Assembly (NCBI GenBank): GCA_965248355.1
Contig: OZ252098.1
Span: forward strand, 3,200,001 to 3,264,000
DNA: 64,000 bases
Direction: 5' to 3'
Origin: Candidatus Latescibacterota bacterium
Lineage (GTDB): Bacteria; Latescibacterota; UBA2968; UBA8231
Under the pieces are notes generated by a model. That model did not search any database, was not told the DNA's origin, and was given only the letters and a program-made list of their open reading frames with translations. Positions 44,293 through 54,312 of the stretch are shown one piece after another (the stretch's first letter is position 1; each line of letters opens with the position of its first letter). Position numbers and translations under genes: made by a program.

Positions 44293-45067
44293 GAGACTGA
44301 AGGATCGCGTCGCCATCGTCACCGGAGGCAGTTCCGGCATCGGCCGGGGCATCGGCCTGGAGTTCGCCCGCGAGGGGGCGCGTGTCGTGGTGGCCGATGT
44401 CCGGGAGGCCCCCAAGGCGGGGCGCTATCACGAACAGGACACGACCACCCCCACGGTGGAGGAGATCGGGAAGATCGGCGGACGGTCCCACTTCGTCCAG
44501 GCCGACATGGGCCAGGAACGGGCCGTGAAGAATCTCGTGGACGAGGCCGTGGCCACCTTCGGCGGTCTCGACATCATCGTCAACAACGCCGGCATCCACA
44601 TACCGGGCGATACCCAGGAAATGAGCGCCGCCCAGTGGGACCAGGTGGTGGGCGTGAACCTGCGGGGGCCCTTCCTGCTGATCAAGTACGCCGTGCCTCA
44701 CCTGGAGAAGTCGACCGCCGGCCGGGTGATCAACATCGGTTCGGTGCATTCCTTCCACGGCGGCGGCGGTCCCGCGTACGCGCCGGCCAAGGCGGGGATC
44801 GTCAACCTCACGCGGGACACGGCCGTGGAGCTCGCCGGCCGCGGCATCACGGCCAACGCCATTTGCCCGGGGTACATCGAGACGGCGATCCAGGACTACC
44901 TGACGCCGGAGCAGATCGAACAGAGCCGCAAGGCCACCCCCCTGCCCCGGTTCGGCCGGCCCCGCGACATCGGCCGCGCCTGCGTGTTCTTCGCCTCCGA
45001 CGACGCCGAGTGGGTCACGGGAACGGCGCTGCCCGTGGACGGGGGCTGGCTGGCGCCGATCGGCTGA
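44291..45067 (+). CDS. SDR family oxidoreductase
   Basis: TGGSSGIG, NNAG, YxxxK (YAPAK), VDGG. Confidence 0.95.
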   Translation: MRLKDRVAIVTGGSSGIGRGIGLEFAREGARVVVADVREAPKAGRYHEQDTTTPTVEEIGKIGGRSHFVQADMGQERAVKNLVDEAVATFGGLDIIVNNAGIHIPGDTQEMSAAQWDQVVGVNLRGPFLLIKYAVPHLEKSTAGRVINIGSVHSFHGGGGPAYAPAKAGIVNLTRDTAVELAGRGITANAICPGYIETAIQDYLTPEQIEQSRKATPLPRFGRPRDIGRACVFFASDDAEWVTGTALPVDGGWLAPIG

Positions 45068-45333
45068 GCCGAGTCGCGCGCCCGTATCCCGTATGTAGAA
45101 CCCGCCGTTGACCCCGAACTGCCTGACCCGCCGGCTGTACACGAAAACCGCGCGAGCCGATGTTCGCCTGCTTTTCGTGTTCCTCCGGGAACGTGTTGAG
45201 CAGCGTACGCCCGGCAGCAGGTTGCAGCCCGCGTACAGGTCGACGAGTGTGCGGCCGTCGAAGGTCACGGGCGACGGCGCTGGCCTTCAGGATGCCCTGA
45301 TTCCGGCAAGAGTGTCTGGTTCAGCCTTCGAGA

Positions 45334-45363
45334 TTGACATCGCTGAGCCGAGGCCCATACATT
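45334..45363 (+). promoter_or_regulatory. Putative sigma70 promoter
   Basis: TTGACA-18 nt-TACATT about 95 bp before the ATG at 45458. Confidence 0.5.
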
Positions 45364-45457
45364 GGCGCGTCCGTCGAGGGGGACCGGCACACGGCCTGCG
45401 CGCGCCCGCCGGCGTTCCGTCCCAGCCAGGCCCCCCGGCGCAGGATCCGAGCCGCCC

Positions 45458-46555
45458 ATGATTCTGGTGAACCGGCACACCAAGGCCGGAGAAGGCCCCT
45501 TCCAGGCCACGCTCCGCATCGAGCCCGCCTCCCGCGTCGACCTGATCGACGTGAGAGGCAAGCTTCGCGAGGAGTTCGGTTCCGACTTCACCCGCTATCC
45601 CCGGGCCTTCTACATATCGGACCACACCACGGCGGGCTTCCTGGACCAGCGCCTCGCGGAGGTCTTCGAGTACGACGGCGCCAATATCCAGGACTACCTC
45701 AAGATCTTCCAGAAGCTCTTCCCCCCCGACGCCGGCTACGTCCACGACGAGCTCGACCGCCGCACCGAGCTCTCCGACAAGGAGCGCGCCACCGAGCCCC
45801 GAAACGCCGACTCCCACCTGACCTTCATGGGGGGTGGCCTGCACACCTCCGCCTCCTACGAGCTGCAGGGCGACGAGCCGGTGTGGTTCGTGGAGCTGGA
45901 CGGGGTCCACGTGGGCGGCACCCGGCAGCGGCGCACCACGGTGATCGCCTACAACGGCGAGGAGGAGGCCGCCCGCATGCAGGTGCCGGTGGCGGCCTCG
46001 GCCCACGCCATCGATGCCCAGAACCTGCGCGACCCGGCTCTCGGCTTCATCGCCCGGCTGGAGGAGATGGCCCGCGAGCACAAGGTCTCCTTCGGCCGTT
46101 TCGACGTGTCCCTGCCCCCCGAGGACCGCGACGCGGGCCTCACGGTGAACGAGTACGAGACCCTGCTCATGACCCACGATCTCCGGGAGGTGCTGGCCAA
46201 CCCCTTCCGCTACATGGCGCGCATGGGCAGGGGGGCGCTCCAGGTCCCCCGGAGCATACCCGCCAAGGCCCTCAACTACGCCCAGTACGACGCCGTCCAG
46301 ATCTTCAACACGATCCTCGACCGCGCCGGGATGCGCCACTCGGTGGTGGAGAGGGTGGTCAACCGGGCGCTGGCCGTCCCGGTCTCACACTTCCTGCGCA
46401 TGAAGCGGGGAATCAGCCTGCCGGTCCTCGACCGCAAGGGCGACGGCGGAGGGGAGATCGGCTGGGGAACCTACCAGAGCCCGATCCTGGTCCAGTGGAA
46501 CGGCGCCGGCGGCCCCACTCGGGCGCTGGACGTCACGCTAGTGCGGTTCGTCTAA
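45458..46555 (+). CDS. Tandem YjbQ/UPF0047-domain protein
   Basis: Domain 1: HTTAG, NADSHL, ELDG..R. Domain 2: AGLTVNE, GTYQS.I. Confidence 0.7.
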   Translation: MILVNRHTKAGEGPFQATLRIEPASRVDLIDVRGKLREEFGSDFTRYPRAFYISDHTTAGFLDQRLAEVFEYDGANIQDYLKIFQKLFPPDAGYVHDELDRRTELSDKERATEPRNADSHLTFMGGGLHTSASYELQGDEPVWFVELDGVHVGGTRQRRTTVIAYNGEEEAARMQVPVAASAHAIDAQNLRDPALGFIARLEEMAREHKVSFGRFDVSLPPEDRDAGLTVNEYETLLMTHDLREVLANPFRYMARMGRGALQVPRSIPAKALNYAQYDAVQIFNTILDRAGMRHSVVERVVNRALAVPVSHFLRMKRGISLPVLDRKGDGGGEIGWGTYQSPILVQWNGAGGPTRALDVTLVRFV

Positions 46556-46568
46556 GGCCTGTCCGCCT

Positions 46569-47678
46569 TCACGGCTTCACCACCGCCCGGGTCACCGCCG
46601 TCGTGCGGTCCTTGCCGAACCACTCGGCGGTCTCGAAGGCGGTGTTGATCTCCTCCAGGTCGAAGCTGTGGGACATGAGGTCGGCCAGCGGATACCGGTC
46701 GCGGGTGCGGTCCAGCATCTCCACGGCCGCGGGCAGCAGCCGCGGGCTGTAGAACGAGACCGGGACGATGTACTTGATGCCGTGCAGCACCCGGTTGATG
46801 TCGATCTCCACCATCGATCCCGCGGAGATGTTGCCGATCTCGATGTAGCGTCCCCCCGGCCTCAGCATCTCCAGGCCCTCTGTCACGACGCCGGGGAAGC
46901 CCACCACCTCGACCACGGTGTCCGCCCCCGAGCGGCCGCCGCCGACCCATTCCTTCACCTGCGCGACCCGGTCCTGCGGATCGGTGATCTCGTTGATGTC
47001 GATGGTGTAGTCGGCGCCGCACCGGCGGGCCAGTTCCAGACGCGGTTGCTGCCCGTCGATGGCGATGATGGGTCCCGCGCCGCGTTCGCGGGCGTAGGCC
47101 ATGCCGTAGAGGCCGAGACCGCCGGCTCCCTGGAAGACGACGGCGTCCCCGGCCCGCAGGTTGGAGCGCTCGATGCCCTCCATCACCGTGGCCGCGGCGC
47201 AGTTGACGGAGGTCAGGGCGTCGTCCGACAGATCGGAGTCGATCCGGAAGACGAAGGTCCCCGGCCTGACGTACCAGTAGTCGGCGAAGCCGCCGTGGCA
47301 GTAGGGCCACTCCTCCACCGGCCTGACGATCTCGAAGTTGTGAGGGCAGTCGGTGTACTCGCCGCGGATGCAGTGGTAGCAGCGGTGGCAGGGGGTGTAG
47401 TAGCTGAAGATCACCCGGTCCCCCTCCTTCAGGGGTCGCTCCAGGTGGTCGGTGGAGACCTGGGAGCCCATGGAATGGACGCGCCCCACCAGCTCGTGGC
47501 CGTGGACGCAACCGTGCATGCGGAGATCTCCGCGCCACAGGTGCAGGTCGGAGCCGCAGACGCCGCAACCCGTGACCTTCACCAGGATGCCCCCGGGCTC
47601 GACCTCGGGGACCGGCAACTCCCGGATCTCGAACCGGTAGTCGTCGACGAGCACCGCTGCCCTGCCGCGCTCAGCCAC
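46569..47678 (-). CDS. Zn-dependent alcohol dehydrogenase (MDR family)
   Basis: CGSD, GHE, C..C..C.......C, GAGGLG. Confidence 0.94.
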   Translation of the reverse strand: MAERGRAAVLVDDYRFEIRELPVPEVEPGGILVKVTGCGVCGSDLHLWRGDLRMHGCVHGHELVGRVHSMGSQVSTDHLERPLKEGDRVIFSYYTPCHRCYHCIRGEYTDCPHNFEIVRPVEEWPYCHGGFADYWYVRPGTFVFRIDSDLSDDALTSVNCAAATVMEGIERSNLRAGDAVVFQGAGGLGLYGMAYARERGAGPIIAIDGQQPRLELARRCGADYTIDINEITDPQDRVAQVKEWVGGGRSGADTVVEVVGFPGVVTEGLEMLRPGGRYIEIGNISAGSMVEIDINRVLHGIKYIVPVSFYSPRLLPAAVEMLDRTRDRYPLADLMSHSFDLEEINTAFETAEWFGKDRTTAVTRAVVKP

Positions 47679-47702
47679 GGGTCACCTCCGTGAAGTGGTC
47701 GA

Positions 47703-48380
47703 TCATTGGCGCAACGCGGCCTTGATCCGGCCCCAGGATTCCGTCGTGACGGCAGGCTCTCCACTGCTCTCCGAGCAGTCCGTCGACAGTGGATCGTCGG
47801 CCCACCGCCGGATGCGCCAGGTGCCGGCCTCGTCCTGACGAAGCTTGAAGGTCATCACCTGATCGACCAGGAACCCTTCATCCGGAGCGTGCAGCAGCAG
47901 CAACCGCATATGTCCCCGATAGACATGCCAGTCCTCCTCCGGATGGCCGTCTAGATCTCCCTCGAAGACGATGGGCGAGTCAGCCCCGAGCTCGTCGTAC
48001 CTGTCCTCGGCGATGAGGTCGAACTCGATCGTGCGGAAGACGTCGAAGACGCCCCGCCTCGAATCATCGCCGTCACCGCCCATAACCGCCAGCTCCTCCT
48101 GTCTGTCATTCCAGTACAGGAGCTCGCCCCGACAGTCCACCTCGGTGAATACGAAACCGTCGTCCAGCAGGCTCTCGTAGAAGTCCGGATCGCGCTCCTC
48201 GAAAGCGAGCTTGAGATTGTCCATGGCGATCTCGGGAGTGCTGGCCACTTGGGGTGCCTCCACCTCCGGAGGCCGGCGCGGTGGCCCGGACGCACGGTCG
48301 GCGCACTGGGCCGACATCAGGGCCGCGGCCAGCGCCGCCAGGAGTACGCGGTTGAATCCCGTCTCGCGGAAAGTGTTCAC
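47703..48380 (-). CDS. Exported hypothetical protein (possible lipoprotein) with a C-terminal SWGRIK motif
   Basis: GTG start overlaps the tal stop; hydrophobic signal ending in C; ends TTESWGRIKAALRQ. Confidence 0.65.
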   Translation of the reverse strand: MNTFRETGFNRVLLAALAAALMSAQCADRASGPPRRPPEVEAPQVASTPEIAMDNLKLAFEERDPDFYESLLDDGFVFTEVDCRGELLYWNDRQEELAVMGGDGDDSRRGVFDVFRTIEFDLIAEDRYDELGADSPIVFEGDLDGHPEEDWHVYRGHMRLLLLHAPDEGFLVDQVMTFKLRQDEAGTWRIRRWADDPLSTDCSESSGEPAVTTESWGRIKAALRQ

Positions 48381-49513
48381 GCGCGGCGAGGCGGGGCCTC
48401 GCACCAGGTCTCGATGGCGGCCAGCAACTTGTCGAAGGGCTCCACGAAGAGACGTACACCGTCCTCCAGCAGCTCGTCCGTGGCTTCCCGCATGGATATC
48501 CCGAGCCCTTCGAGGGCGGCCATCACGTGGCGGGCCTCGTCCGCGTCCTTCTCCAGGGTGGCCTCGACGACGCCGTGGTCGCGGAAGGCCTCGAAGGTCG
48601 CCTCCGGCAGGGTGTTCACCGTATAGGGACCGATCAGTTCCTCCACGTAGAGCACGTCGCGGTAGTCCGGGTTCTTGACGCTCGTGCTGGCCCACAGCAG
48701 CCGCTGGGGGTTGGCGGCGGCGGCCGCCAGGCGGGACCAGCGGTCCCCGTCCACCAGGTCGCGGAAGTGCTGGTAGGCGAGCCGGGCGTTGGCGATGGCG
48801 GCGCGGCCCTTCAAGGCCGCCAGGGCCACCCGGCGCACGGCGTCGGTCTCGTCCGCCAGGCGCTCGTCAATGCGCGCGTCGATGAGGGTGTCGATGCGGC
48901 TGACGAAGAAGCTGGCCACGCTGGCCACGGCGGCCAGATCGCCGCCCTTCTCCAGCAGGCTCTCCAGGCCTTTCAGGTAGGCTTCGGCGGCGGCGGCGTA
49001 CCGGTCCCGCGCGAAGAGCAGAGTGACGTTGACGTTGACGCCCTCGGCGATGAGCCGCTCGATGGCGGGCAGGCCCGCCGACGTTCCCGGCACCTTGATC
49101 ATGAGGTTCCGCCGCCCCACCTCGCCGGCCAGGCGCAGGGCTTCGTCCACCGTGCCCTCCGTGTCGTGGGCCAGGTGCGGCGAGACTTCGAGGGAGACGA
49201 AGCCATCGCGGCCCCCGGACTCCTCGTGCACGGGCAGCAGCGCGTCGGCCGCCCACTGGATGTCCTCTACGGCGATCGCCTCGTAGATCTGCAGGGGCGT
49301 GAGCCCCGCGGCGGCGTGCCGGCGCAGCGCCCCGCGGTAGTCGTCCGAGCCGGCGATGGCCTTCTCGAAGATGGCGGGGTTGGAGGTCATCCCCCGCAGG
49401 CCGTCCTCGGCGATCAGCCGGCCCAGCTCACCGCTGGTGATCAGACTTCGGCGGAGGCTGTCGTACCAGACGCTCTGACCCTGCCGGCCGAGATCGAAGA
49501 TCGGATTGGACAT
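48377..49513 (-). CDS. tal: Transaldolase (type II)
   Basis: TSNPAIF, VSLEVSP, MIKVP, NVTLLF, SFFVSRID, LWAST. Confidence 0.96.
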   Translation of the reverse strand: MSNPIFDLGRQGQSVWYDSLRRSLITSGELGRLIAEDGLRGMTSNPAIFEKAIAGSDDYRGALRRHAAAGLTPLQIYEAIAVEDIQWAADALLPVHEESGGRDGFVSLEVSPHLAHDTEGTVDEALRLAGEVGRRNLMIKVPGTSAGLPAIERLIAEGVNVNVTLLFARDRYAAAAEAYLKGLESLLEKGGDLAAVASVASFFVSRIDTLIDARIDERLADETDAVRRVALAALKGRAAIANARLAYQHFRDLVDGDRWSRLAAAAANPQRLLWASTSVKNPDYRDVLYVEELIGPYTVNTLPEATFEAFRDHGVVEATLEKDADEARHVMAALEGLGISMREATDELLEDGVRLFVEPFDKLLAAIETWCEAPPRRA

Positions 49514-49614
49514 GACCTGGGCTCCTGTGGGGAGACGGGAGGGTGGTGGCGGTAATATATCTCCCCCGAAGGCCGCTTGCCCGGCCCCCGGGGCCCGGGT
49601 AGGTTCTTGCGGCG

Positions 49615-50805
49615 ATGGCCACCATCGTCGACGGCAAGAAACGCATCCCCTTCATGCGGGGGATGCTCGTGCACCATCTCATCCAGCGCGGCTTCGATCA
49701 CGACGAGGCCTACGGCATCGCCGACGAGGTGCGCACCGAGGTGCGGCAGCGCAAGGAGGTGGAGCGCGGGCAGATCCTCGATCTGATCGCGGGTCTGCTC
49801 AAGCGCGACCATCCCGACCGCCCCCTCGGCAATCTCCTGTTCTGGGAACCAGCGCCGACGACGATCACCGTCGACCGCGACGCGGGCCCCCGGCCTTTTT
49901 CCCCCGAGCTGCTGTCCCATTCGATCCAGGCCGCCGGTCTGTCCCCCGGCCGGTCCTACGAGCTGGCCCGCACGGTGGAGGAACGTCTTCTCGACAGTGG
50001 CGCCAGCCGCATCGGTCACGGCGAGTTGGAAAACCTCGTGGAGGAGGTCATCCTCGACAGGTGCGACGAGAGTTCCGCCGAACGCTACCGGACCTGGCGC
50101 GCCTGGGGCGACCTGAACCAGCCGCTGGTGATCCTCATCGGCGGCGCCACGGGCGTCGGCAAGACGACTCTGGCCGTGAGCCTGGCCAACGTCCTCGACA
50201 TCCCTCGCGTGGTGGCCACCGACGACATCCGACAGATCCTGCGCCTTACCCTGGCCAAGGACTTCATGCCCTCAATCCACGATTCCTCCTACGACGCCGA
50301 AGCCGGGGACCTCCAGGACGGTCTCGATCCGGTAGTGGCCGCCTTCCACGAGCAGTCCCGCGTCGTCGGCGTCGGAGTGCGCGCCATCATGTCCCGCTGC
50401 ATCGAGGAGAACGCCAGCGTCATCATCGACGGCGTCCACCTGCTGCCCGGGATCTCGCGGTGGAGAGCCTTCGAGGAAAACGCCATCATCGTGCCCATCT
50501 GCCTGGCCCTGACCGACCGCCAGGCCTACGAGACGCGCTTCGCCAAACGGGAGGTGCAGGCCCCGGCCCGGACTCCGCGCAAGTCCCTGTCCAACCTCGA
50601 TCGCATCCTCAGCATCCAGGAGCACATCCTGAAGGGCTGCGATGACGAGGACATCCCCGTCATCGAGATGACCGCGGTGGAGGATCCGACGCAGGCCGCC
50701 GTGCTCGCCGTGGTCGAGCGGCTTCGACGGGTGGAGGAGATCCGCCAGCGCATCGCCGCCAACGGCAAGGCCGACGGCAAGAAAGCGAAGAAGAAGAAGA
50801 GATGA
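49615..50805 (+). CDS. 2-phosphoglycerate kinase-like P-loop kinase with ATP-cone-like N-terminal domains
   Basis: PFMRGML, PFS..L..SI, ILIGGATGVGKT, TD.IR..LR, H.SSY, DGVHL.PG. Confidence 0.8.
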   Translation: MATIVDGKKRIPFMRGMLVHHLIQRGFDHDEAYGIADEVRTEVRQRKEVERGQILDLIAGLLKRDHPDRPLGNLLFWEPAPTTITVDRDAGPRPFSPELLSHSIQAAGLSPGRSYELARTVEERLLDSGASRIGHGELENLVEEVILDRCDESSAERYRTWRAWGDLNQPLVILIGGATGVGKTTLAVSLANVLDIPRVVATDDIRQILRLTLAKDFMPSIHDSSYDAEAGDLQDGLDPVVAAFHEQSRVVGVGVRAIMSRCIEENASVIIDGVHLLPGISRWRAFEENAIIVPICLALTDRQAYETRFAKREVQAPARTPRKSLSNLDRILSIQEHILKGCDDEDIPVIEMTAVEDPTQAAVLAVVERLRRVEEIRQRIAANGKADGKKAKKKKR

Positions 50806-50933
50806 CCGGAATCATGCGCCTCTTTGCCCGCTGGCGGCACGGTCATATATTGGCGGCTCTCGTGACGAGGATGTTCGACCGTCCAGCCGGTTTCGCCTGG
50901 TTTTCCCGAGGCGGCCGGAGAAGGGGCAGCGAC

Positions 50934-51371
50934 ATGCTGGGCAAGAAGGAAAGCAACGGCGGCGGCGGCGAGACCCTGAACACGATCGTGGGCCGCGGCA
51001 CTCTCTTCGAGGGTGTCATGAAGGTCGACAACAGCGTCCGCATCGACGGAACCTTCAAGGGCGAGCTGTCGTGCTCCGGAACGCTGACCGTCGGCCAGTC
51101 GGGGGAGGCCCACGCCCAGCTCGAGGGCCGCGACATCTACATCAACGGGACCGTGCACGGCAACGTGCGGGGCGACAAGGTCCGCCTCGACAGCCAGGCG
51201 CGCGTCGTCGGCGACATCTGCTCCAACGCCCTGACCATCTCCGAGGGCGCCGTGTTCCAGGGCAACTGCTCCATGGAGATGGAGCTGGAAGCCGGGGAAG
51301 CCGGGCCGGAAGCCGGCGAAGGCGACGCCGGCTCCGTGATCCCCATGGACAGGCGCGCCTCGGGCAGCTGA
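50934..51371 (+). CDS. Bactofilin (polymer-forming cytoskeletal protein)
   Basis: TIVG.GT.FEG, RIDG...G, INGTVHGN, I.EGAVF.G.C.M. Confidence 0.92.
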   Translation: MLGKKESNGGGGETLNTIVGRGTLFEGVMKVDNSVRIDGTFKGELSCSGTLTVGQSGEAHAQLEGRDIYINGTVHGNVRGDKVRLDSQARVVGDICSNALTISEGAVFQGNCSMEMELEAGEAGPEAGEGDAGSVIPMDRRASGS

Positions 51372-51522
51372 GCACCGAAGAACCGGGCGAATCTCGCCGT
51401 CGCGCGGGGTCAGCAGTTCGGCGCCGCGCCCGCGCCCCGGCGGCCCCCGGCCGAGACCCCGCACACCCGGCGCAACCCTGCAGTTCCCGGGCAGGAACAT
51501 CCCACCGGCCAGATGGTCCCTC

Positions 51523-52056
51523 ATGTGCGGGCCCCGCCCCTGCCACTCGACACTCACAGCCGTTCCCGTACCGAACCTGGCCCCCTCGGGCGAACGCCGT
51601 ACCCGCGGCGCCTCCGAGACCCGGCTCTTCGGCCGGGAGCTGGCCGCCGCCCTGGCGCCGGGGGACCTGGTGGCCCTCGAAGGCGACCTCGGCACGGGAA
51701 AGACCTGCCTCGTCCAGGGGATCTGCGCCGGGCTGGGTGTCGACGAGGTGGTCAACAGCCCTACCTTCGTGTTGCTGAATGTGTACGCCGGCGCCGGGGA
51801 ACAAGGCGCGTTGCGGGTCTACCACTTCGACCTCTACCGCCTGGAGACGGTGGACGAGCTGGCGGAGATCGGCGCCGATCAGTTCTTCCACGAGGCCGAC
51901 GCCGTCACCCTCGTGGAGTGGGCGGACCGCCTGCCGGAGCTCCTCCCCGAGAAGCGCTGGCAGGTCGGTCTCGAGTACGGAGAGGAGGAGCAGGAGCGGC
52001 GGATCCGGTGGCGGCGGCCGGAAGCCGAGACCGGCTCCCCGGGGAAGGACGCTTGA
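51523..52056 (+). CDS. tsaE: tRNA t6A biosynthesis ATPase TsaE
   Basis: GDLGTGKT, SPTF, HFDLYRL, VEW. Start is uncertain. Confidence 0.93.
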   Translation: MCGPRPCHSTLTAVPVPNLAPSGERRTRGASETRLFGRELAAALAPGDLVALEGDLGTGKTCLVQGICAGLGVDEVVNSPTFVLLNVYAGAGEQGALRVYHFDLYRLETVDELAEIGADQFFHEADAVTLVEWADRLPELLPEKRWQVGLEYGEEEQERRIRWRRPEAETGSPGKDA

Positions 52057-52823
52057 CCTTGTATCGCAGGTGGCTCCCGGCGCTGGCGGCGCTGGCCACG
52101 TCCTGGCCGGGTATTGCGGCCTCCCAGGACGGGCCCATGGAGTTGGTGCGCCTCGTGGACAGTCCCACCGCCGGCCTCGTGGACAAGGGGCGGTTCGCCG
52201 TCGACCTGAGGCTGTTCTCCGGGGGGGGCCTCATGGGCCAGGTCGACGCCGGACTGCTGCGTCGCCTGTCCATCGGCCTGGCCTTCGGCGGCGAGGGCGT
52301 GATCGGAGACGCCGACATCGAGTGGTATCCGAAGGTCGAGGCGGCGGCCCGCTACCGCCTCGTCGAGGAGAGCACGGGAATGCCCGCCCTGACGGTGGGC
52401 TACGACACCCAGGGATACGGCGCCCACTCCAACGACAGGTACCAGGTCCGGTCCAGGGGGATCTACCTGGCCGGCAGCAAGAACTACGGTTCCCCCCTCG
52501 GTCAGCTCGGCTTCCACGGCGGTCTCCACTGGTCCCTCCAAGAAGATGCCGGCGGCCTCTCCGGGTGGCTGGGCGCGGACAAGAGGCTCAACGAGGAGCT
52601 CTTCCTCATCGCCGAGTACGATGTCGCCCGCGACAGCAGCGACGACTCGTGGGCCTGGAACCTGGGCTATGTCAACGGGGGGGTCCACTGGTCGCCCATT
52701 CCGAGCCTGAGGCTCGGCTTCCTTCTCAAGAACCTCCTCCAGAACGGGGACCGCACCGGCCCCGGCGGCCCCGCCGCCGACCTGAGCCGCGAGATCTCCG
52801 TTCGCTACAGCGAGACCTTCTGA
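52053..52823 (+). CDS. Outer-membrane beta-barrel protein (YjbH-like)
   Basis: Signal peptide, DSPTAG, alternating strands, IAEYD, terminal Phe. Confidence 0.65.
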   Translation: MTLYRRWLPALAALATSWPGIAASQDGPMELVRLVDSPTAGLVDKGRFAVDLRLFSGGGLMGQVDAGLLRRLSIGLAFGGEGVIGDADIEWYPKVEAAARYRLVEESTGMPALTVGYDTQGYGAHSNDRYQVRSRGIYLAGSKNYGSPLGQLGFHGGLHWSLQEDAGGLSGWLGADKRLNEELFLIAEYDVARDSSDDSWAWNLGYVNGGVHWSPIPSLRLGFLLKNLLQNGDRTGPGGPAADLSREISVRYSETF

Positions 52824-54193
52824 TGCGTCGATTCCGCACCCCCTCGCTCTTGCTGTTCCTGGCCACGGCCGCGGCCGGCCAGGAGGAACGCGCCATCGAT
52901 CACTTCGCCGGCGTCGGCGTGCGCGCCATGGGGATGGGCGGCGCCTTCGCCGCCCTGGCCGACGACTTCACCGCCCTCTACTGGAACCCGGCCGGTCTGG
53001 CGCAGATGCGGCAGCGCGAGATCTGCGTCGCCTTCCTGCGCAACGCCAGGGAGAACCGGGCCGTCACCGGATTCGGGACCGGGAGCGAGAGCCGGGCCAC
53101 CGCCGACGTGAGCAACACCCGCTTCGGCAGCCTGGGTTTCGTCTATCCCGTGCCCGTCTACCAAGGCAGCCTCGTGCTTGCGGCCGGCTTCAACCGGGTG
53201 AAGGACTTCGACTGGGTTCTCGATCAGCCCCCGGTGCCGGTGGTCCGCGATGCGGCCGGGGCCGTCGTGGGCGACAGCCTCGCCATCGACGACAGCTTCC
53301 TCCACGAGGGCGAGCTGGCCATCACCTCCGTGGCCGGCGCCATCGACGTCTCTCCCTCCGTGTCCCTTGGAGCGACCTTCAGCCTGATCAGCGGCCAGGA
53401 CGATTGGACCTCCGAGTTCGTCTCCATCGACACGGAGGACTTCTTCCACGAGAGCCGCTTCACCGACCGGGAGGCCTTCGTCGACAACTACCGCACCACC
53501 TGGACCGCCACCCTCGGAGCCATGGTGCGCTCGCCCCGGGACGACCCGCGGCTGCGCCTCGGCGCCACCATGGCCACGGGGCCGTCGCACAAGGTCAGCT
53601 TCACCTACCGGGCGCCGCCGCAGACGGCCTTCAGCTCCGTCGAGTTCGACGACGGCCGCGTGGTCGAGGCCCCGAGCCAGGACTTCAAGAGCAGCTACCG
53701 CATCGCCCTGCCCCTGTCCTTCGGACTCGGCGTATCGGGCCGGCCCGTGCCCCAGGTGACCCTGGCCGCCTCGGTCCACCTCACCGAGTGGACCCAGACC
53801 AATTACACCGACGAGGACCCCTTCGAGCTGCGCACCGACACCTCCTTCGAGGACCAGTACGACGACGTCCTGCGCTGGCACATCGGGGCCGAATGGCAGG
53901 TGCCGTGGGCGGCCGTCGATCTGCGCGCCGGGTACTATGCCGATCCCCTGCCCTTCGTTGGGCCCCGGGATCCCACGCGAGCCCCGAACCGGGTCACCAA
54001 CCCGCGGATCCGCGCGCTCCGGGACCGGCGGTTCCTCACCTTCGGCGCCGGCGTCGCGGTGGAGGAGGCGGTGCGGCTCGAGGCGGCCTACACCCGCGGC
54101 GGCTACGAGCAGGCCGAAGGCGAAGGCGAATTGGAGCTGCGGGAGGACGTGGACGTCAACCGCGCCTTCCTGGGGGTCCGCTACCGCTTCTGA
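52823..54193 (+). CDS. FadL/OmpP1/PorV-like outer-membrane beta-barrel
   Basis: RAMGMGGAF.A.ADD..A.YWNPAGL; C-terminal YRF beta-signal. Confidence 0.85.
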   Translation: MRRFRTPSLLLFLATAAAGQEERAIDHFAGVGVRAMGMGGAFAALADDFTALYWNPAGLAQMRQREICVAFLRNARENRAVTGFGTGSESRATADVSNTRFGSLGFVYPVPVYQGSLVLAAGFNRVKDFDWVLDQPPVPVVRDAAGAVVGDSLAIDDSFLHEGELAITSVAGAIDVSPSVSLGATFSLISGQDDWTSEFVSIDTEDFFHESRFTDREAFVDNYRTTWTATLGAMVRSPRDDPRLRLGATMATGPSHKVSFTYRAPPQTAFSSVEFDDGRVVEAPSQDFKSSYRIALPLSFGLGVSGRPVPQVTLAASVHLTEWTQTNYTDEDPFELRTDTSFEDQYDDVLRWHIGAEWQVPWAAVDLRAGYYADPLPFVGPRDPTRAPNRVTNPRIRALRDRRFLTFGAGVAVEEAVRLEAAYTRGGYEQAEGEGELELREDVDVNRAFLGVRYRF

Positions 54194-54312
54194 ACCGGGC
54201 CCCGTGCTGGTCCCGGAGAGCCGCCGAAGTCGTTGACCGGGAGGGCTCCCTCCGTATATTGACCCAGAGCGCCCTCTGCCCGAGGGCGCGGAATCAGACA
54301 GGAGGTGGCGAC

